Below, piece by piece: positions 47,709 to 59,909 of a DNA stretch of 64,000 bases. The notes beneath the pieces were generated by a model, which had not been told where the DNA came from, did not search any database, and was given only the letters and a program-made list of their open reading frames with translations. The stretch spans positions 704,001 to 768,000 of the forward strand of contig CAVYGB010000010.1 in assembly GCA_963767925.1 (NCBI GenBank), given 5' to 3'. Position numbers and translations under genes: made by a program. The DNA is from an uncultured delta proteobacterium. GTDB taxonomy: Bacteria > Myxococcota_A > Polyangia > Fen-1088. Positions within the stretch are counted from its first letter, which is position 1, and the number at the start of each line of letters is the position of its first letter.

Positions 47709-48590
47709 TCAGTCGACCAGGCCGGCGTCGATGGCCGCATCCCGCTTGCGGCGGGCGCGCTCGATGAACCAGACCAGCAGGATCGACACGTTGTAGAGGA
47801 GGTAGAGCGGCCCGGCCAGCAGCACCTGGGTGAACGGGTCGGTCGAGGGGGTGAGGACCGCGCCCGCGACCGCCGAGAGGATGAGGGCGTATTTGCTGAA
47901 GCGCCACATGCTCCGGGCGGTGATGAGCCCGATGGCGCCGAGGATGACCAGCACCACCGGCAGCTCGAAGGCGGCGCCACACCCGGCCAGGGTGAGGACG
48001 AGGAAGTCGGTGATCATCTCCATCCGGTAGGGGGTGTCGACGATGAAGTCTGCCCCCACCGCGAACTCCTTGGCCATCGAGGTCAGGAAGTAGGCGGCCG
48101 GCTTGGAGAGGACGAAGTAGCCGAACGCGGCCCCGCCGAGGAAACAGAGGGCGGTGCTTCCGGTGACAACCAGGGCCAGGCGCCGTTCCTTCTTGTACAG
48201 GCCGGGGGCCACGAACTTCCACATCTCCCAGAACACCAGCGGCGCCGCCACCATGAAGCCGCCGAGCACGGCGAGCTTCATCATCACCCAGAAGGCCTCG
48301 GTGGGGTTCGTGATCTGGAACTCCACCACCGGCAAGCCGGTGGCCTCCCGGATCCCCTCCACGGTGGGGGCGACCAGGGTCTGGAAGAACTTCTTCACGA
48401 AGACGAAGGACACGATCATCGCCGCCATGAAGGCGATGGCGGCGTTGCGCAGGCGCAGGCGCAGCTCCTGCAGGTGCTCGAGCAGCGACATGCGCTTGTC
48501 GTCGAGGCTCTCGCCGTTGGTGAGCGTCTCGTCGGCGCCGCTGGCCGCAGACGGGTCGGATGGATCCTGCGGAGGAGCTTCCTGAGTCAC
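47709..48590 (-). CDS. tatC: Twin-arginine translocase TatC
   Basis: MSLLEHLQELR, WKFVAPGLYKKE, FELPV, LTPSTDPFTQ. Confidence 0.95.
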   Translation of the reverse strand: MTQEAPPQDPSDPSAASGADETLTNGESLDDKRMSLLEHLQELRLRLRNAAIAFMAAMIVSFVFVKKFFQTLVAPTVEGIREATGLPVVEFQITNPTEAFWVMMKLAVLGGFMVAAPLVFWEMWKFVAPGLYKKERRLALVVTGSTALCFLGGAAFGYFVLSKPAAYFLTSMAKEFAVGADFIVDTPYRMEMITDFLVLTLAGCGAAFELPVVLVILGAIGLITARSMWRFSKYALILSAVAGAVLTPSTDPFTQVLLAGPLYLLYNVSILLVWFIERARRKRDAAIDAGLVD

Positions 48591-48623
48591 GGATGTGTCC
48601 CTTCGACCGATCGGGCCTGCTGG

Positions 48624-49559
48624 TCAGACCTTCTTTGGAGTCTTGCTGGAGGACCGGACCGACCTGGCCTTGCCGGCCGGCTTGGCCTCGGCAGACAGAT
48701 CGGGCAGGCCGTCCGCGTCGGGCGGGACGTCGGGCGAATCCCGCCCGTTGCCAGCCGGCGCGCCGGGCGCGCCGAGGTTCGCCAGGGGCATGCCGACCAG
48801 CGTGGCGCCCGAGCCGGGCCGGGGCACGGTGCCTGGCACGCCCGCGCTGTCGCTGGGCTTGAGGGCGGCGGCGGGCAGCGGCGGTGGGGTGGCCCGGCGC
48901 GCGGCGGCCGGCTTCGGCGGCGGCAGCGTGGGCGTGTGGGTCCCCTCCATGGGAGGGGGCAGGGTCATGGCGACGGTGCGGTCGCTGCCGGCACCCGCGG
49001 GGGGCGGGGCCGCGGCGGTCGACGACACGGGCGGCAAGACGGGATCGGTCTTCACCTCCACGGGCGGAGGCGAGGTGGCGGTCACCGGCTCGGGCAGGTG
49101 GGCCTGCGGATCGACCTGGTGCTCCCCGTGCTGGTCGGGATCACCGGACGAGCCGGCGTCGGGATCGTGGTAGTCGTCGTGCCCGTATTCGTTGCGGTAT
49201 TCGTCGGCGCTGGTGTCGGCGGCGGCGGTCGCGGGGTCGGTGGCGCCGTTGCCGGCACCAGCGCCGTCGCGGGCCTGGCGCTCGCGCTCCTCGCGGTCCT
49301 GACGCTCGCGCCACTTGCGCTCCTCATCGCGACGCTTGAGCTCCTCGGGCGGCAACATCGTCGCTTCCCGCAGCTCCTCGAGCGGTTTGCGGATGGCGTC
49401 GTCGAGCTCGATCTCGTTCTTGATGTCGGCAGTCGCCTTGCGCACCTCGCGGATCGCCTTGCCGATGCCAGAGGCGATGTCGGGAAGCTTCTTTGGCCCC
49501 AGGAAAATGAGGGCCAGAAGCATGATGACGACGATCTCTTGAAAACCTATCGGGCCCAC
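48624..49559 (-). CDS. tatB: TatB (TatA/B family) with a long disordered C-terminus
   Basis: IGFQEIVVIMLLALIFLGPKKLP; adjacent to tatC. Confidence 0.85.
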   Translation of the reverse strand: MGPIGFQEIVVIMLLALIFLGPKKLPDIASGIGKAIREVRKATADIKNEIELDDAIRKPLEELREATMLPPEELKRRDEERKWRERQDREERERQARDGAGAGNGATDPATAAADTSADEYRNEYGHDDYHDPDAGSSGDPDQHGEHQVDPQAHLPEPVTATSPPPVEVKTDPVLPPVSSTAAAPPPAGAGSDRTVAMTLPPPMEGTHTPTLPPPKPAAARRATPPPLPAAALKPSDSAGVPGTVPRPGSGATLVGMPLANLGAPGAPAGNGRDSPDVPPDADGLPDLSAEAKPAGKARSVRSSSKTPKKV

Positions 49560-49651
49560 GGCCCTCCATATCTATCTCGGAAAGGGCAGCGCTTCCAGGT
49601 CAGACGCCCGCCGCGCCCTGCGTCAGCTCGAAGGGGCTGCTTTTTACTCAC

Positions 49652-49957
49652 TCAGGTGTAGCGCGAGAGCAGGCGCATCGCCCCCACGAAGGCGACGAGC
49701 GCCGCCGCCGTCACGGGGATGCGCGAGGTGGTCTTGAGCCAGGACCCCGCGCCGCCCACCACCATGGCCAGCGCGAACAGCGCCGCCGCACCGATCACGG
49801 GCACCTTCACGTTGAGGATCGCCATCGAGCGCAGCACCTCGAGGGCGCAGGCCACCACGGCGATGGCGGGGAACAGGCGGGAGGAGAGCCGAATCAGCAG
49901 GTAGAGGGCGGCGGCCAGCGCGATGAGCGCCGGCATCGCGTTATTCATGTCGGGCAT
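49652..49957 (-). CDS. Small 4-TM hypothetical protein
   Basis: Hydrophobic ORF filling the gap between recQ and tatB. Confidence 0.65.
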   Translation of the reverse strand: MPDMNNAMPALIALAAALYLLIRLSSRLFPAIAVVACALEVLRSMAILNVKVPVIGAAALFALAMVVGGAGSWLKTTSRIPVTAAALVAFVGAMRLLSRYT

Positions 49958-49969
49958 GGCGGGACTCTA

Positions 49970-51781
<1,812 letters not shown>

Positions 51782-51852
51782 GGCAGAACACTACGGTGCA
51801 AGGGTCGGGCCCAGGTTGCCAGAACCGCTCGCCCCGGTACAGATTTCTTCGG

Positions 51853-52917
51853 TCAGCCGAGAGGGGACGCGGCCCGCCGCAGGCGCAGCGCCACGATCTC
51901 GCTCTCGCTGTTGAAGCGGACCGGGATGCCCGAGGTGCCCGCCCCGACGCTGGTGAACCCCTGCATCGAGCCGTGCACCCAGGGACCACTCGGTAGGTGC
52001 CGGCCGACGCGCACGTGTTTGAGGATGGCCCGTCCCCCGGGCAAGCAGACCTGTCCGCCGTGGGTGTGGCCGCACAGATAGAGCGCGACGCCGGCCCGGG
52101 CCGCCGCATCGTAGAGCTCGGGCGAGTGGACGAGGGCGACCGTGAAGTCGTCGCGCGCCAGCTCGAGGGCGTGCAGGCTCTGGTCGGTGTAGTAGTAGTG
52201 AACGTCGTCGGTGCCGACCACCCGCAGGCGGTCGTCCTGCCGCTGCAGCACCACGCTCTCGTTGATCAACATGCGGATCCCCATCCGCTCCATCGGCGCC
52301 ACCATGTGGCAGTCGTCGTGGTTGCCGAGCACGCCGAGGAAGCCCTGCCGGCTGCGGATGCCGCCCACCAGGCGCTGCAGGCTGTCCATCACCTGCCGGA
52401 AGGGGCCGTGCAGCTCCGTGCGGTAGTCGCCGGTGAAGACGCAGAGGTCGAAGGTGCGGCCCTCGAGCAGGGCGAGGATCCGGTCCTCGAGGCCCGGCAT
52501 GCTGTCGAAGTGGGGGTCGGTGATGTGCAAGATCCGGAAGCCGTCGAAGGCGGGCGGCAAGCGCGGCAGGATCAGATCGTGCTCGCGCAGGCGCACGCGC
52601 GCGGCGTTGCGGTAGCCGCGCTGGTACTGGCCGATCCGCTTCAAGCCCCAGCCGAAGGTCTTCACAAGCAGGAGCAGGGCTTGCCAGTGTTGCCGGCGCT
52701 TGCCCCCGTAGCGCCTGGTCACGAGGTTCTGGGTCTCCATCCAGAGGCGGTTGTTGGCCCACATCTGGCGGGTGTTGATGGGCGGCGGCATGGGGAAGGC
52801 GGGCTGCACAACCGACACCTCCGGTGTGGTCGGGGCGAGGTCTTCCTCGGCGCCCGTCCCCTCCCGCCGGCCCTGCGGCCCCTGCCCCGCCCGCGCGACG
52901 GCCTCCCCCCGGTCCAT
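51853..52917 (-). CDS. Metallophosphoesterase (YkuE-like)
   Basis: ITDPH, TGDY, LGNHD, GHTHGGQV; start may be 52791. Confidence 0.9.
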   Translation of the reverse strand: MDRGEAVARAGQGPQGRREGTGAEEDLAPTTPEVSVVQPAFPMPPPINTRQMWANNRLWMETQNLVTRRYGGKRRQHWQALLLLVKTFGWGLKRIGQYQRGYRNAARVRLREHDLILPRLPPAFDGFRILHITDPHFDSMPGLEDRILALLEGRTFDLCVFTGDYRTELHGPFRQVMDSLQRLVGGIRSRQGFLGVLGNHDDCHMVAPMERMGIRMLINESVVLQRQDDRLRVVGTDDVHYYYTDQSLHALELARDDFTVALVHSPELYDAAARAGVALYLCGHTHGGQVCLPGGRAILKHVRVGRHLPSGPWVHGSMQGFTSVGAGTSGIPVRFNSESEIVALRLRRAASPLG

Positions 52918-52969
52918 CTCCCCGATGGTACACGGTGAAACGCCGGCGCGCCGCCGGGGGGCCCGAGGA

Positions 52970-53220
52970 TCAGCGTTCGCTGTCGAGCTGCTGCATCTGC
53001 GGCTCGGCGTAGCGGGCGCCGGCCAGCGCAGCGGCGGGGATGGCCCGTTCGATGCGGGTCACCTGGTCGGGTGTCAGCTCGACGGTGAGGGCGGCGAGAG
53101 CGTCCTCGAGCTGGGGCGGGTGCGGGCGCCGATCACCGGGACGATGCCGGGGCTCCTGGCCCGCGCCCAGGCGATGGCGAGCTGGGCACGGGTGACGCCC
53201 TTGTCGCCTGCCAGCCCAAC
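52970..53220 (-). pseudogene. C-terminal remnant of an aldo/keto reductase
   Basis: KGVTRAQLAIAW..IVPVIGARTR / QLEDAL..GARYAEPQMQQLDSER*; indel near 53115; no 5' part. Confidence 0.75.
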
Positions 53221-53265
53221 ATCGCCCGCATCGCCGCCCGCACGGCGGCCTGAGCCGGCGGCGGC

Positions 53266-55476
53266 TCAGAGGGCGTCGAGGAAGGTCAGGAGGGCTTCGC
53301 GGTCGGCGGTGGGCAGGGCGGCGGCGCGCTCACGGACCACGCTGGCCTCGCCCCCGTGCCAGAGGATGGCCTCCAGGAAGCTGCGGGCCCGGCCGTCGTG
53401 GAGGAAGCGGGCCTCGCCGCTCACGGTGCGGGTCCGGCCGATCGACCAGAGCGGGGGCGTCCGCCACTCGCCGGGGAGGGCGGCGAACTCGCGCTCGCTG
53501 TCGTCGGCCAGGTCGGGCCCCATATCGTGCAGCAGGAGATCCGAATAGGGGTAGATGGTCTGGTCGCGCAGCTCCACCAGGGGGTGGTCGGCGCCGGTCT
53601 GCACCGAAGGGGCGTGGCAAGCGGCGCAGCCGACAGCGGCGAAGACCGCGGCGCCGCGCTGGACGGTGGGATCGGAGACCTTGCGCCGGGGGGGCACGCC
53701 GAGGGCGCTCATGTACGTCGTGAGCCGGACGAGGTCCTCCTCCGACAGCTCGGGCGCCGCCTCGGCGCACAGGCCCCCCGGGCACTCGGGGCGGGGAAAG
53801 AGGGAGGTGGTGACGCCCATGTCGACCAGGAGGGCGTCGGCCACCTGGTGGCGGACGCTGACCTTGCTCGCCTTCCAGCCGAAGCGGCCCAGCCGCACCC
53901 CCCCGGTCTCGGGATCGCGCGCCAGGTTGGGCCGGCCCGAGATTGCGTCGGCGTTGCAGTCACCGGGATCGGCCCGGGCCAGGATGGCGGCCTCGGGCAC
54001 CGCCTCGAGCAGGCCCAGCCCCACCAGGGGGCGGGCGATCCGCAGCGAGAAGCGCTCGGGGCGGCCGGAGCCCCGCCAGTCCAGGACCGGCTTGCGCAGC
54101 GACACGACGGTGCCGTCGGCCAGCCGGCGCTCGCTGGTCTGGTAGGTGATCGAGGGATCGGCCTCGCCGGCGCCCGGGCCAGCGACAGCCCGGTTCTGCA
54201 CCTGGCGGCCGAGGGTGGGGTGGGCGGTCGGCTCGCCACCCGGGGCCGGCCGCGGTCCGAACACCTTCACCACCATCGACGTCATCGCCTGGCCCGGCTC
54301 GGGCGGCGCGCCCCGCCCGTTGCGCGGGTGGCAGCTCGTGCAGCTCTCTTCATTGAAGAGCGGGCCCAGCTTGCCCGCCTGCTCGGGGAAGGTGGGGTTC
54401 TCGGGCTCGGAGTGGGCCCCCGCCAGGAAGCTGGTGTGAAACAGGCGCCGCCCGGCCAGGAAGCGCTCGGCGGTGGGGGCCTGGATCGAGAGGACCATCT
54501 GGGAGAAGGCCATCTCCGGCTCGACGACCAGGTGGGGGACGGTGGCCCCGCCGCCGGAGAGCCCTTCGGCCGGCGGGCCCAGCTCACCGAGGGCGGGATC
54601 GGCGTTGGCCGCGGTGAGGCCGCCCTCCCCCACCCGGTAGCGGAACGTGTCGGTGTAGTAGTTGGTGCGGCCCTGCACCTGGGCGCTGTCGAGGAAGATG
54701 CCGAACTCGAACTCGAGCCGGTCGCCCTTGCGCATGGGCCGGCGCTCACGGCCGTTGCTCCGGATCACCGAGGTGGAGGTGCGGGCGTCGATCCGCTGCA
54801 TGTCGAGGTTCTCGTGGAACACGTTGCCGGCGCCGTAGACCTTCCAGACCCGCAGGTTCGTCAGCGGCGCGCTGGCCGCCGCGCCCCGCGAGGTGTAGGT
54901 GAAGGTCACGGTGGATCCCCCGGCCGCGACGGTGTCGACCAGGGAAAAGCCGTAGCTGCGGTTCTCGAAGTAGAGCGGCAGGTACAGGGAGAACTGCGCC
55001 TCGAGCTCGTGGCGCCCGCGCACGCGGCCGGCCCCTTCGGTGGTGATCGCGCCGCTGCCGTCGACGCGGACGACCGGCGCGCCCGCCGCCGGCCCGGCGA
55101 ACAGGGGCGGGACCACATGGGGCGCCGGCGGGCAGCTCGCGCTCGGCGGCTCGGGAAAGGGCGCTCCCGGGGGGAGCGGTGGACCGAACACCGGCGGCGG
55201 CTGGACGGCCGGTGGCGACGGCGGTTGCGGAGCATCGGAAGGGAGGGCGGCCGATGGTGGCGGCAGCGAACCCGGCGCGGGGGCTCCGGGCGGGAGCACC
55301 ATGGGGGCCGGTGCGCGGGCCGGGAGCCGGGGCCCTATCACCTGGCCATCGCAGGCGATGGCGGTGAGGACGAGGGCGGGGACGAAGCCCGGCGGGAAAA
55401 AGCCGGCGCGGGCGACGAGGAGTCGGATCGGGGCGGCCGGGCGGGCCAGTCGAGGTGGGGCGTGGGGCGGGGTCAC
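53266..55476 (-). CDS. Di-heme oxidoreductase family (DUF1111) lipoprotein
   Basis: LGPLFN..SCTSCH, GLGLLEAV, GRFGWKA, GCAACH, LLLHDMG, WRTPPLW, LHDGRAR. Confidence 0.9.
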   Translation of the reverse strand: MTPPHAPPRLARPAAPIRLLVARAGFFPPGFVPALVLTAIACDGQVIGPRLPARAPAPMVLPPGAPAPGSLPPPSAALPSDAPQPPSPPAVQPPPVFGPPLPPGAPFPEPPSASCPPAPHVVPPLFAGPAAGAPVVRVDGSGAITTEGAGRVRGRHELEAQFSLYLPLYFENRSYGFSLVDTVAAGGSTVTFTYTSRGAAASAPLTNLRVWKVYGAGNVFHENLDMQRIDARTSTSVIRSNGRERRPMRKGDRLEFEFGIFLDSAQVQGRTNYYTDTFRYRVGEGGLTAANADPALGELGPPAEGLSGGGATVPHLVVEPEMAFSQMVLSIQAPTAERFLAGRRLFHTSFLAGAHSEPENPTFPEQAGKLGPLFNEESCTSCHPRNGRGAPPEPGQAMTSMVVKVFGPRPAPGGEPTAHPTLGRQVQNRAVAGPGAGEADPSITYQTSERRLADGTVVSLRKPVLDWRGSGRPERFSLRIARPLVGLGLLEAVPEAAILARADPGDCNADAISGRPNLARDPETGGVRLGRFGWKASKVSVRHQVADALLVDMGVTTSLFPRPECPGGLCAEAAPELSEEDLVRLTTYMSALGVPPRRKVSDPTVQRGAAVFAAVGCAACHAPSVQTGADHPLVELRDQTIYPYSDLLLHDMGPDLADDSEREFAALPGEWRTPPLWSIGRTRTVSGEARFLHDGRARSFLEAILWHGGEASVVRERAAALPTADREALLTFLDAL

Positions 55477-55576
55477 GACTCCAGGTTTGAGGAGGGGGGG
55501 CGCCCGGATCTTCCGGCGGCGGAAAAGCCAGCACCCCCCGCGCAGGGAACGCGGGGGGTGCGCTGGGGACGTCCGA

Positions 55577-56224
55577 TCAGTTCATGCGGTCGGGGACGCA
55601 CTCGGCAACCGGCGGACAGGGGGCCCGCACGCAGGTGACCTGCTTGGCCTCGCAGTGGGTGCCGCGGGCGCAGCGCACGAGGTCGCAGGGGCTGCTCGGG
55701 GTCGTGGGGATCGGCACGCACTCGACGCCCGAGGGGGGACAGGGCGCGCGCACGCACTCCACCTTGCGCTCCTCGCAGGTCGTATTGACCGGACAGAGGA
55801 TCGCGGCGCAGCCGGGCGGCACGGTCGGGGGGGTGCGGGGGACGCACTTGACGTTCCGGGGACACGGCTGCCGGTTGACGCAGGCCACGTCCTCCTCCAC
55901 GCACACCGTGTCGGTCGGACAGAGGATCGCGGCGCACCCGCCGGGGACCGGGGGCGGCGGGGCCTTGGCCGGGACGCACTGAACGACCGGGGGACACGGC
56001 TCCTTCACACAGACCACGTCCCGTACCTCGCAGACCGTGTCGACGGGGCAGAGGATGGCGGCGCAGGGGCTGGGCTCGGGCTGGGGCCGACCGCCGGGGC
56101 GGGTGACCCCCTCGACGACCTCTCGCCAATCGATGCTGTCGCAGGCGCTGGCGCCGAGGACGAGCGCGCCGCTGGCGACGAAGACGACTCTCAGCAAGGC
56201 CGGGTTGTGGAACGTGGATCGCAT
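55577..56224 (-). CDS. Cys-rich repeat lipoprotein
   Basis: SAC lipobox; four 6-Cys repeats (CAAILCP..C..C..PCP..CVP). Confidence 0.8.
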   Translation of the reverse strand: MRSTFHNPALLRVVFVASGALVLGASACDSIDWREVVEGVTRPGGRPQPEPSPCAAILCPVDTVCEVRDVVCVKEPCPPVVQCVPAKAPPPPVPGGCAAILCPTDTVCVEEDVACVNRQPCPRNVKCVPRTPPTVPPGCAAILCPVNTTCEERKVECVRAPCPPSGVECVPIPTTPSSPCDLVRCARGTHCEAKQVTCVRAPCPPVAECVPDRMN

Positions 56225-56463
56225 CGTGGCTTCCTCCTGATGACTCGTCCTCCCTTACGCACGAGCCGGGCCAAGCGCGGGCCAGGCCGGGCCGGCGGGA
56301 AAACCCCGGTCTTTCGCGGGCTCTCCCCCGACGGGGCGGTGAAATCCTGAGGGGCCCGTGATTTTTCGATCTCGCGCCTGACGCTGCGCAAGCCGGACGG
56401 GGCGCGTCGGCCAGCGATCAACTTCTCCTCGGGCTCCGTCGAAGCTGCAGAGGAGGAAACCCG

Positions 56464-57522
56464 ATGCGCCCAATCGTTTCACCCGCCGCCGTCCTTACCG
56501 TCCTGCTGTCGCACGCGCTGGCCTGGGGACACGACAACCACGACCGGGGGCGGCCACCCTCCCCACACCGGAGCCCGCCGGCGCCGGCCGGCCCTGCGGG
56601 GTGGGGAAAGCTGCGGAACAAGGCGCAACAGATGTGCCTCGACGCCGCGGGCTGGAGCGCCCAGGGCGCGGCCAACGCCCTGCTGTGGGGCTGCAACAAC
56701 GATCCCGACCACGTCTGGTTCTTCGCCCCGACCGGCGAGATCAAGAACGCGGAGAGCGGCCTGTGCCTGACGGTGGGGGAGCGACCTCGGGATCGCGGGC
56801 GGGATCGAGACAAGGGGGATCGGGAGCGCGGGCGGGATCGGGACAAGGGGGATCGAGATCGCGGGCACGGCAAGCAGGCCGGCGCCAGCGCCGGCACCGA
56901 TGTGGGGGTCGACCGCTGCGAGGGGAAGCCGGATCAGCGCTGGACGGTAGCCCCGCGGGGCAATGGGGCGTTCGAGCTGCGCACCGGCCGGCGGGGGCTG
57001 TGCCTCGACGTCGACGGCCGCCGGGGCGCCCAGGGGGACGACGTGTTGCTGTGGACCTGCGACGGCGGGGTCGATCAAACCTGGTGGTGGGAGCCGGTGG
57101 CCGGCCCGCCCCCCAAGCAGGTGTTCACCCGCCCCCGCCACGATCCGGAGCCCCGGCGCGATCGCGCCGCTGTCGTCCCGATGGAGCCGCAGGCCTTCAA
57201 GGCGCTGCTGGCGTCGATCAAGGGCGCCTCGTTCTCCGCCAACCAGATGGCCATCGTCGATCAGGCGGCCCCGTACCACTACTTTCTGGTGGCCCAGCTC
57301 CGGGAGGTCGTGCAGTCGCTCTCCTTCTCCGCCAACCAGGTGCGGGCGGTGGAGCTGATCGCCCCCCGCCTCGTCGATCCGCAAAACGCCTTCTCGCTGT
57401 TCGAGGTCTTCACGTTCAGCCGCGATCAGGAGGCGGTCAAGCGCATCCTCGAGCGGTCCCGCCCGACGCCGGGGCCCGCCCCGCCCGGCCCCATCCAGGC
57501 CCCCCCGGCGCCGCGCCGCTGA
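56464..57522 (+). CDS. Ricin-B lectin plus DUF4476-like domain, secreted
   Basis: CLD/CLT..C..(Q/H)xW motifs; C-terminal FSANQ helical repeats; GAGGAGG RBS. Confidence 0.8.
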   Translation: MRPIVSPAAVLTVLLSHALAWGHDNHDRGRPPSPHRSPPAPAGPAGWGKLRNKAQQMCLDAAGWSAQGAANALLWGCNNDPDHVWFFAPTGEIKNAESGLCLTVGERPRDRGRDRDKGDRERGRDRDKGDRDRGHGKQAGASAGTDVGVDRCEGKPDQRWTVAPRGNGAFELRTGRRGLCLDVDGRRGAQGDDVLLWTCDGGVDQTWWWEPVAGPPPKQVFTRPRHDPEPRRDRAAVVPMEPQAFKALLASIKGASFSANQMAIVDQAAPYHYFLVAQLREVVQSLSFSANQVRAVELIAPRLVDPQNAFSLFEVFTFSRDQEAVKRILERSRPTPGPAPPGPIQAPPAPRR

Positions 57523-57619
57523 TCGCGCCGGCGCGACCTGGGGCGTTGCGCCCGGCGCGTCTGGTTAGTGGGCGCCGGGTGGCGCGTTTGCGGAGGGTTG
57601 CGGCACTTCTCTTGTCACC

Positions 57620-59029
57620 ATGACAGCGAAGCGTCACGGCCTCGGGGCCGCGGTCCTGTTCGGGGTCTCGCTCCTGGGGTGCGCGGGCGGCAACGGCGCG
57701 GGAAGCTGGGGCGACTGGCCCAGCGCCGAGCGCTGGCCAGCGCCCGACTTCGCGGAGCGGCCCGCGCCGGGCTGCGGGCGCACGGTGGCGGTGGCGGGTG
57801 AGGCGGCGCTGGGGGGCGCCCTGGCGGCGGCCGGACCGGGCGACTGCCTCGCGCTGGCCGACGGCGACTACCGCTTCCCGGTGGTGAGCCGCAGCGGCAC
57901 CCCGGACCGGCCGATCGCGATCCGGGCGGCCAATCGGGGCAAGGTCGTGGTCAAGGCGGGCGACCTGCTGGTGCGCGGCGCGGCCCACCTGGTGATCGAG
58001 GGGATCGACTTCGCCAGCGACGGCGGCAACATCCAGATCCGCGATTCGCATCACGTGCGCCTGACCCGCTTCCGGATCCGCCCGATCGAGAAGGCGGAGG
58101 TGGATTGGGTTGTCGTCGAGACCAGCGACCACGTGCGTATCGACCACAACGACTTCGGACCCAAGCGGCTGGTCGGCAACATGCTGATGCTGGAGGGGGA
58201 CGCGGCCAAGAAGCAGGTCGTGCAGTTCAACCGGATCGACCACAACCATTTTCACGACATCACCTACGGCAGCGGCAACGGCTGGGAGGCGATCCGGGCC
58301 GGGCGGAGCTGGCTGGCCCCCAGCAAGGCCTATTCGGTGATCGAGCACAACCTGTTCACGAACACCGGCGGCGACCCCGAGGTGATCTCGGTGAAGTCGT
58401 CGGACAACGTCGTCCGCTACAACACCATGCGGGCCAGCCCGGGGCAGTTCACCCTCCGCCACGGCAACCGGACCTGGGTGTACGGCAACTACATCCTCGG
58501 GGAGGGCCAGCGCAGCGCGGGCGGCATCCGGGTCTACGGCGCCGACCACAAGATCTTCAACAACTACCTCAGCGGGGTGCGGCCGGGGATCTTGCTCGAC
58601 GGCGGCCGCCAGCCCGAGACCGACCAGCCCGGCACCGCCCACTACCGGGTCTACCGGGCCGAGGTGGTCAACAACACGCTCGTCGACGCCTCCATCAAGC
58701 TCGGCAGCAACAAGCCGCTGGCGCCCGTCGACTGCGTGGTGGCCAACAACCTGCTGCAGGGGGGCGCGGTCGAGGGGAGCGGCGAAAACGCGCGCCTGGC
58801 CGGCAACCTCGTCGAGGCGAGCGCGCTGGCCCAGGAGGGCCCGATCTGGCGCCCCGGTCCGACCAGCCCGGCGCTCGACCGCTCCGGGCCCGGCTTCGAC
58901 TACGTCCGGCTCGACATCGACGGGCAGCCGCGCGCGCGCCCCGACGTGGGGGCCGACGAGCGCTCGCCCGATCCCGCCAGCCGCCGCGGCCCCCTCACCC
59001 CCGCCGACGTCGGCCCCGACGCCCCCTGA
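57620..59029 (+). CDS. Polysaccharide lyase family 6 (alginate lyase/chondroitinase B-like) lipoprotein
   Basis: RIDHN, NGWEAIR, EVISVKSSDN, LRHGN, GGIRVYG. Confidence 0.88.
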   Translation: MTAKRHGLGAAVLFGVSLLGCAGGNGAGSWGDWPSAERWPAPDFAERPAPGCGRTVAVAGEAALGGALAAAGPGDCLALADGDYRFPVVSRSGTPDRPIAIRAANRGKVVVKAGDLLVRGAAHLVIEGIDFASDGGNIQIRDSHHVRLTRFRIRPIEKAEVDWVVVETSDHVRIDHNDFGPKRLVGNMLMLEGDAAKKQVVQFNRIDHNHFHDITYGSGNGWEAIRAGRSWLAPSKAYSVIEHNLFTNTGGDPEVISVKSSDNVVRYNTMRASPGQFTLRHGNRTWVYGNYILGEGQRSAGGIRVYGADHKIFNNYLSGVRPGILLDGGRQPETDQPGTAHYRVYRAEVVNNTLVDASIKLGSNKPLAPVDCVVANNLLQGGAVEGSGENARLAGNLVEASALAQEGPIWRPGPTSPALDRSGPGFDYVRLDIDGQPRARPDVGADERSPDPASRRGPLTPADVGPDAP

Positions 59030-59057
59030 ACCTGCCGCCGCGCCGGCGGCGCGCCGA

Positions 59058-59909
59058 TCACCCCGCCCGGTAGCGGGCGGGGGTGACGCCCATCTGCTTG
59101 CGAAAGCTGGTGGTGAGGCGGCTCTGGCTGGAAAAGCCGGTGGCGAGGGCGACCTGGGCGAGCGGCAAGGCGCCAGCGCGGATCAGCTCGGCGGCCCGGG
59201 CGATCCGCTGTCGCTGCACGTGGGCGTGGGGGGTCAGCCCGGTGCTGACCTTGAAGGCGCGGGCGAAGTGATAGGCGCTCAGGCCGGCCCGGGCGGCGAG
59301 GTCTGGGAGCGGCAGGGGCCCGTCGAGGTGGGCCTGCACGTAGAGGTAGACGCGGCGGAGGGCGGCCGGCGAGAGGCCTCCGCGCGGGCGGTTCTTCAGG
59401 GACTGACCGCTGCCCGAGGCCTGCAGGGCCCGCAGCCGCCGGGCGTGGCGCGCCTGCAGGTCGTTCGCCGACCGCAGGAAGCGCAGGAGCAAGCGCAGCT
59501 CCGGCGGGGAGTAGCCGCCGAGCAAACGCAGGCCCTCCTCCCGCAGGGGGCCGTACAGGCTCTCGAACCAGGTGCGGGCGTGGGGGGTGAGGTCGATCGA
59601 ACCGGGTCGGTCACCCGCACCCGGGAGCGAGCGGGCGTAGCCGGCCCGCTCGAGCCGGGCCACGAGTTCGTCGAAGGCGCGCCCCGCCAGGCCCAGGCTG
59701 GCGGCCAGCGCGGCCGCGGTCCGGGGGCCCTCGCGCAGGCGGTCCAGGCAGCGCAGGTCGTTGCGGTCGAGGGCGAGCACGCCCGCCGCCGCCTCGTCCA
59801 CGTCCTCGGCGACCCCCTGGAAGCGGGCGATCTCGCGGCCGAGGGTCAGCCCGACCGTCGCCCGGTCCTCGACCGGAGCCCGGGCGGTGGTGACGCGCCG
59901 ACGTTTCAT
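59058..59909 (-). CDS. Transcription regulator: MarR-type wHTH fused to an AraC HTH
   Basis: DLRCLDRL..VARLERAGY; GGLSP..LSAYHFARAFK..GFSSQS..FRKQMGVTP. Confidence 0.85.
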   Translation of the reverse strand: MKRRRVTTARAPVEDRATVGLTLGREIARFQGVAEDVDEAAAGVLALDRNDLRCLDRLREGPRTAAALAASLGLAGRAFDELVARLERAGYARSLPGAGDRPGSIDLTPHARTWFESLYGPLREEGLRLLGGYSPPELRLLLRFLRSANDLQARHARRLRALQASGSGQSLKNRPRGGLSPAALRRVYLYVQAHLDGPLPLPDLAARAGLSAYHFARAFKVSTGLTPHAHVQRQRIARAAELIRAGALPLAQVALATGFSSQSRLTTSFRKQMGVTPARYRAG

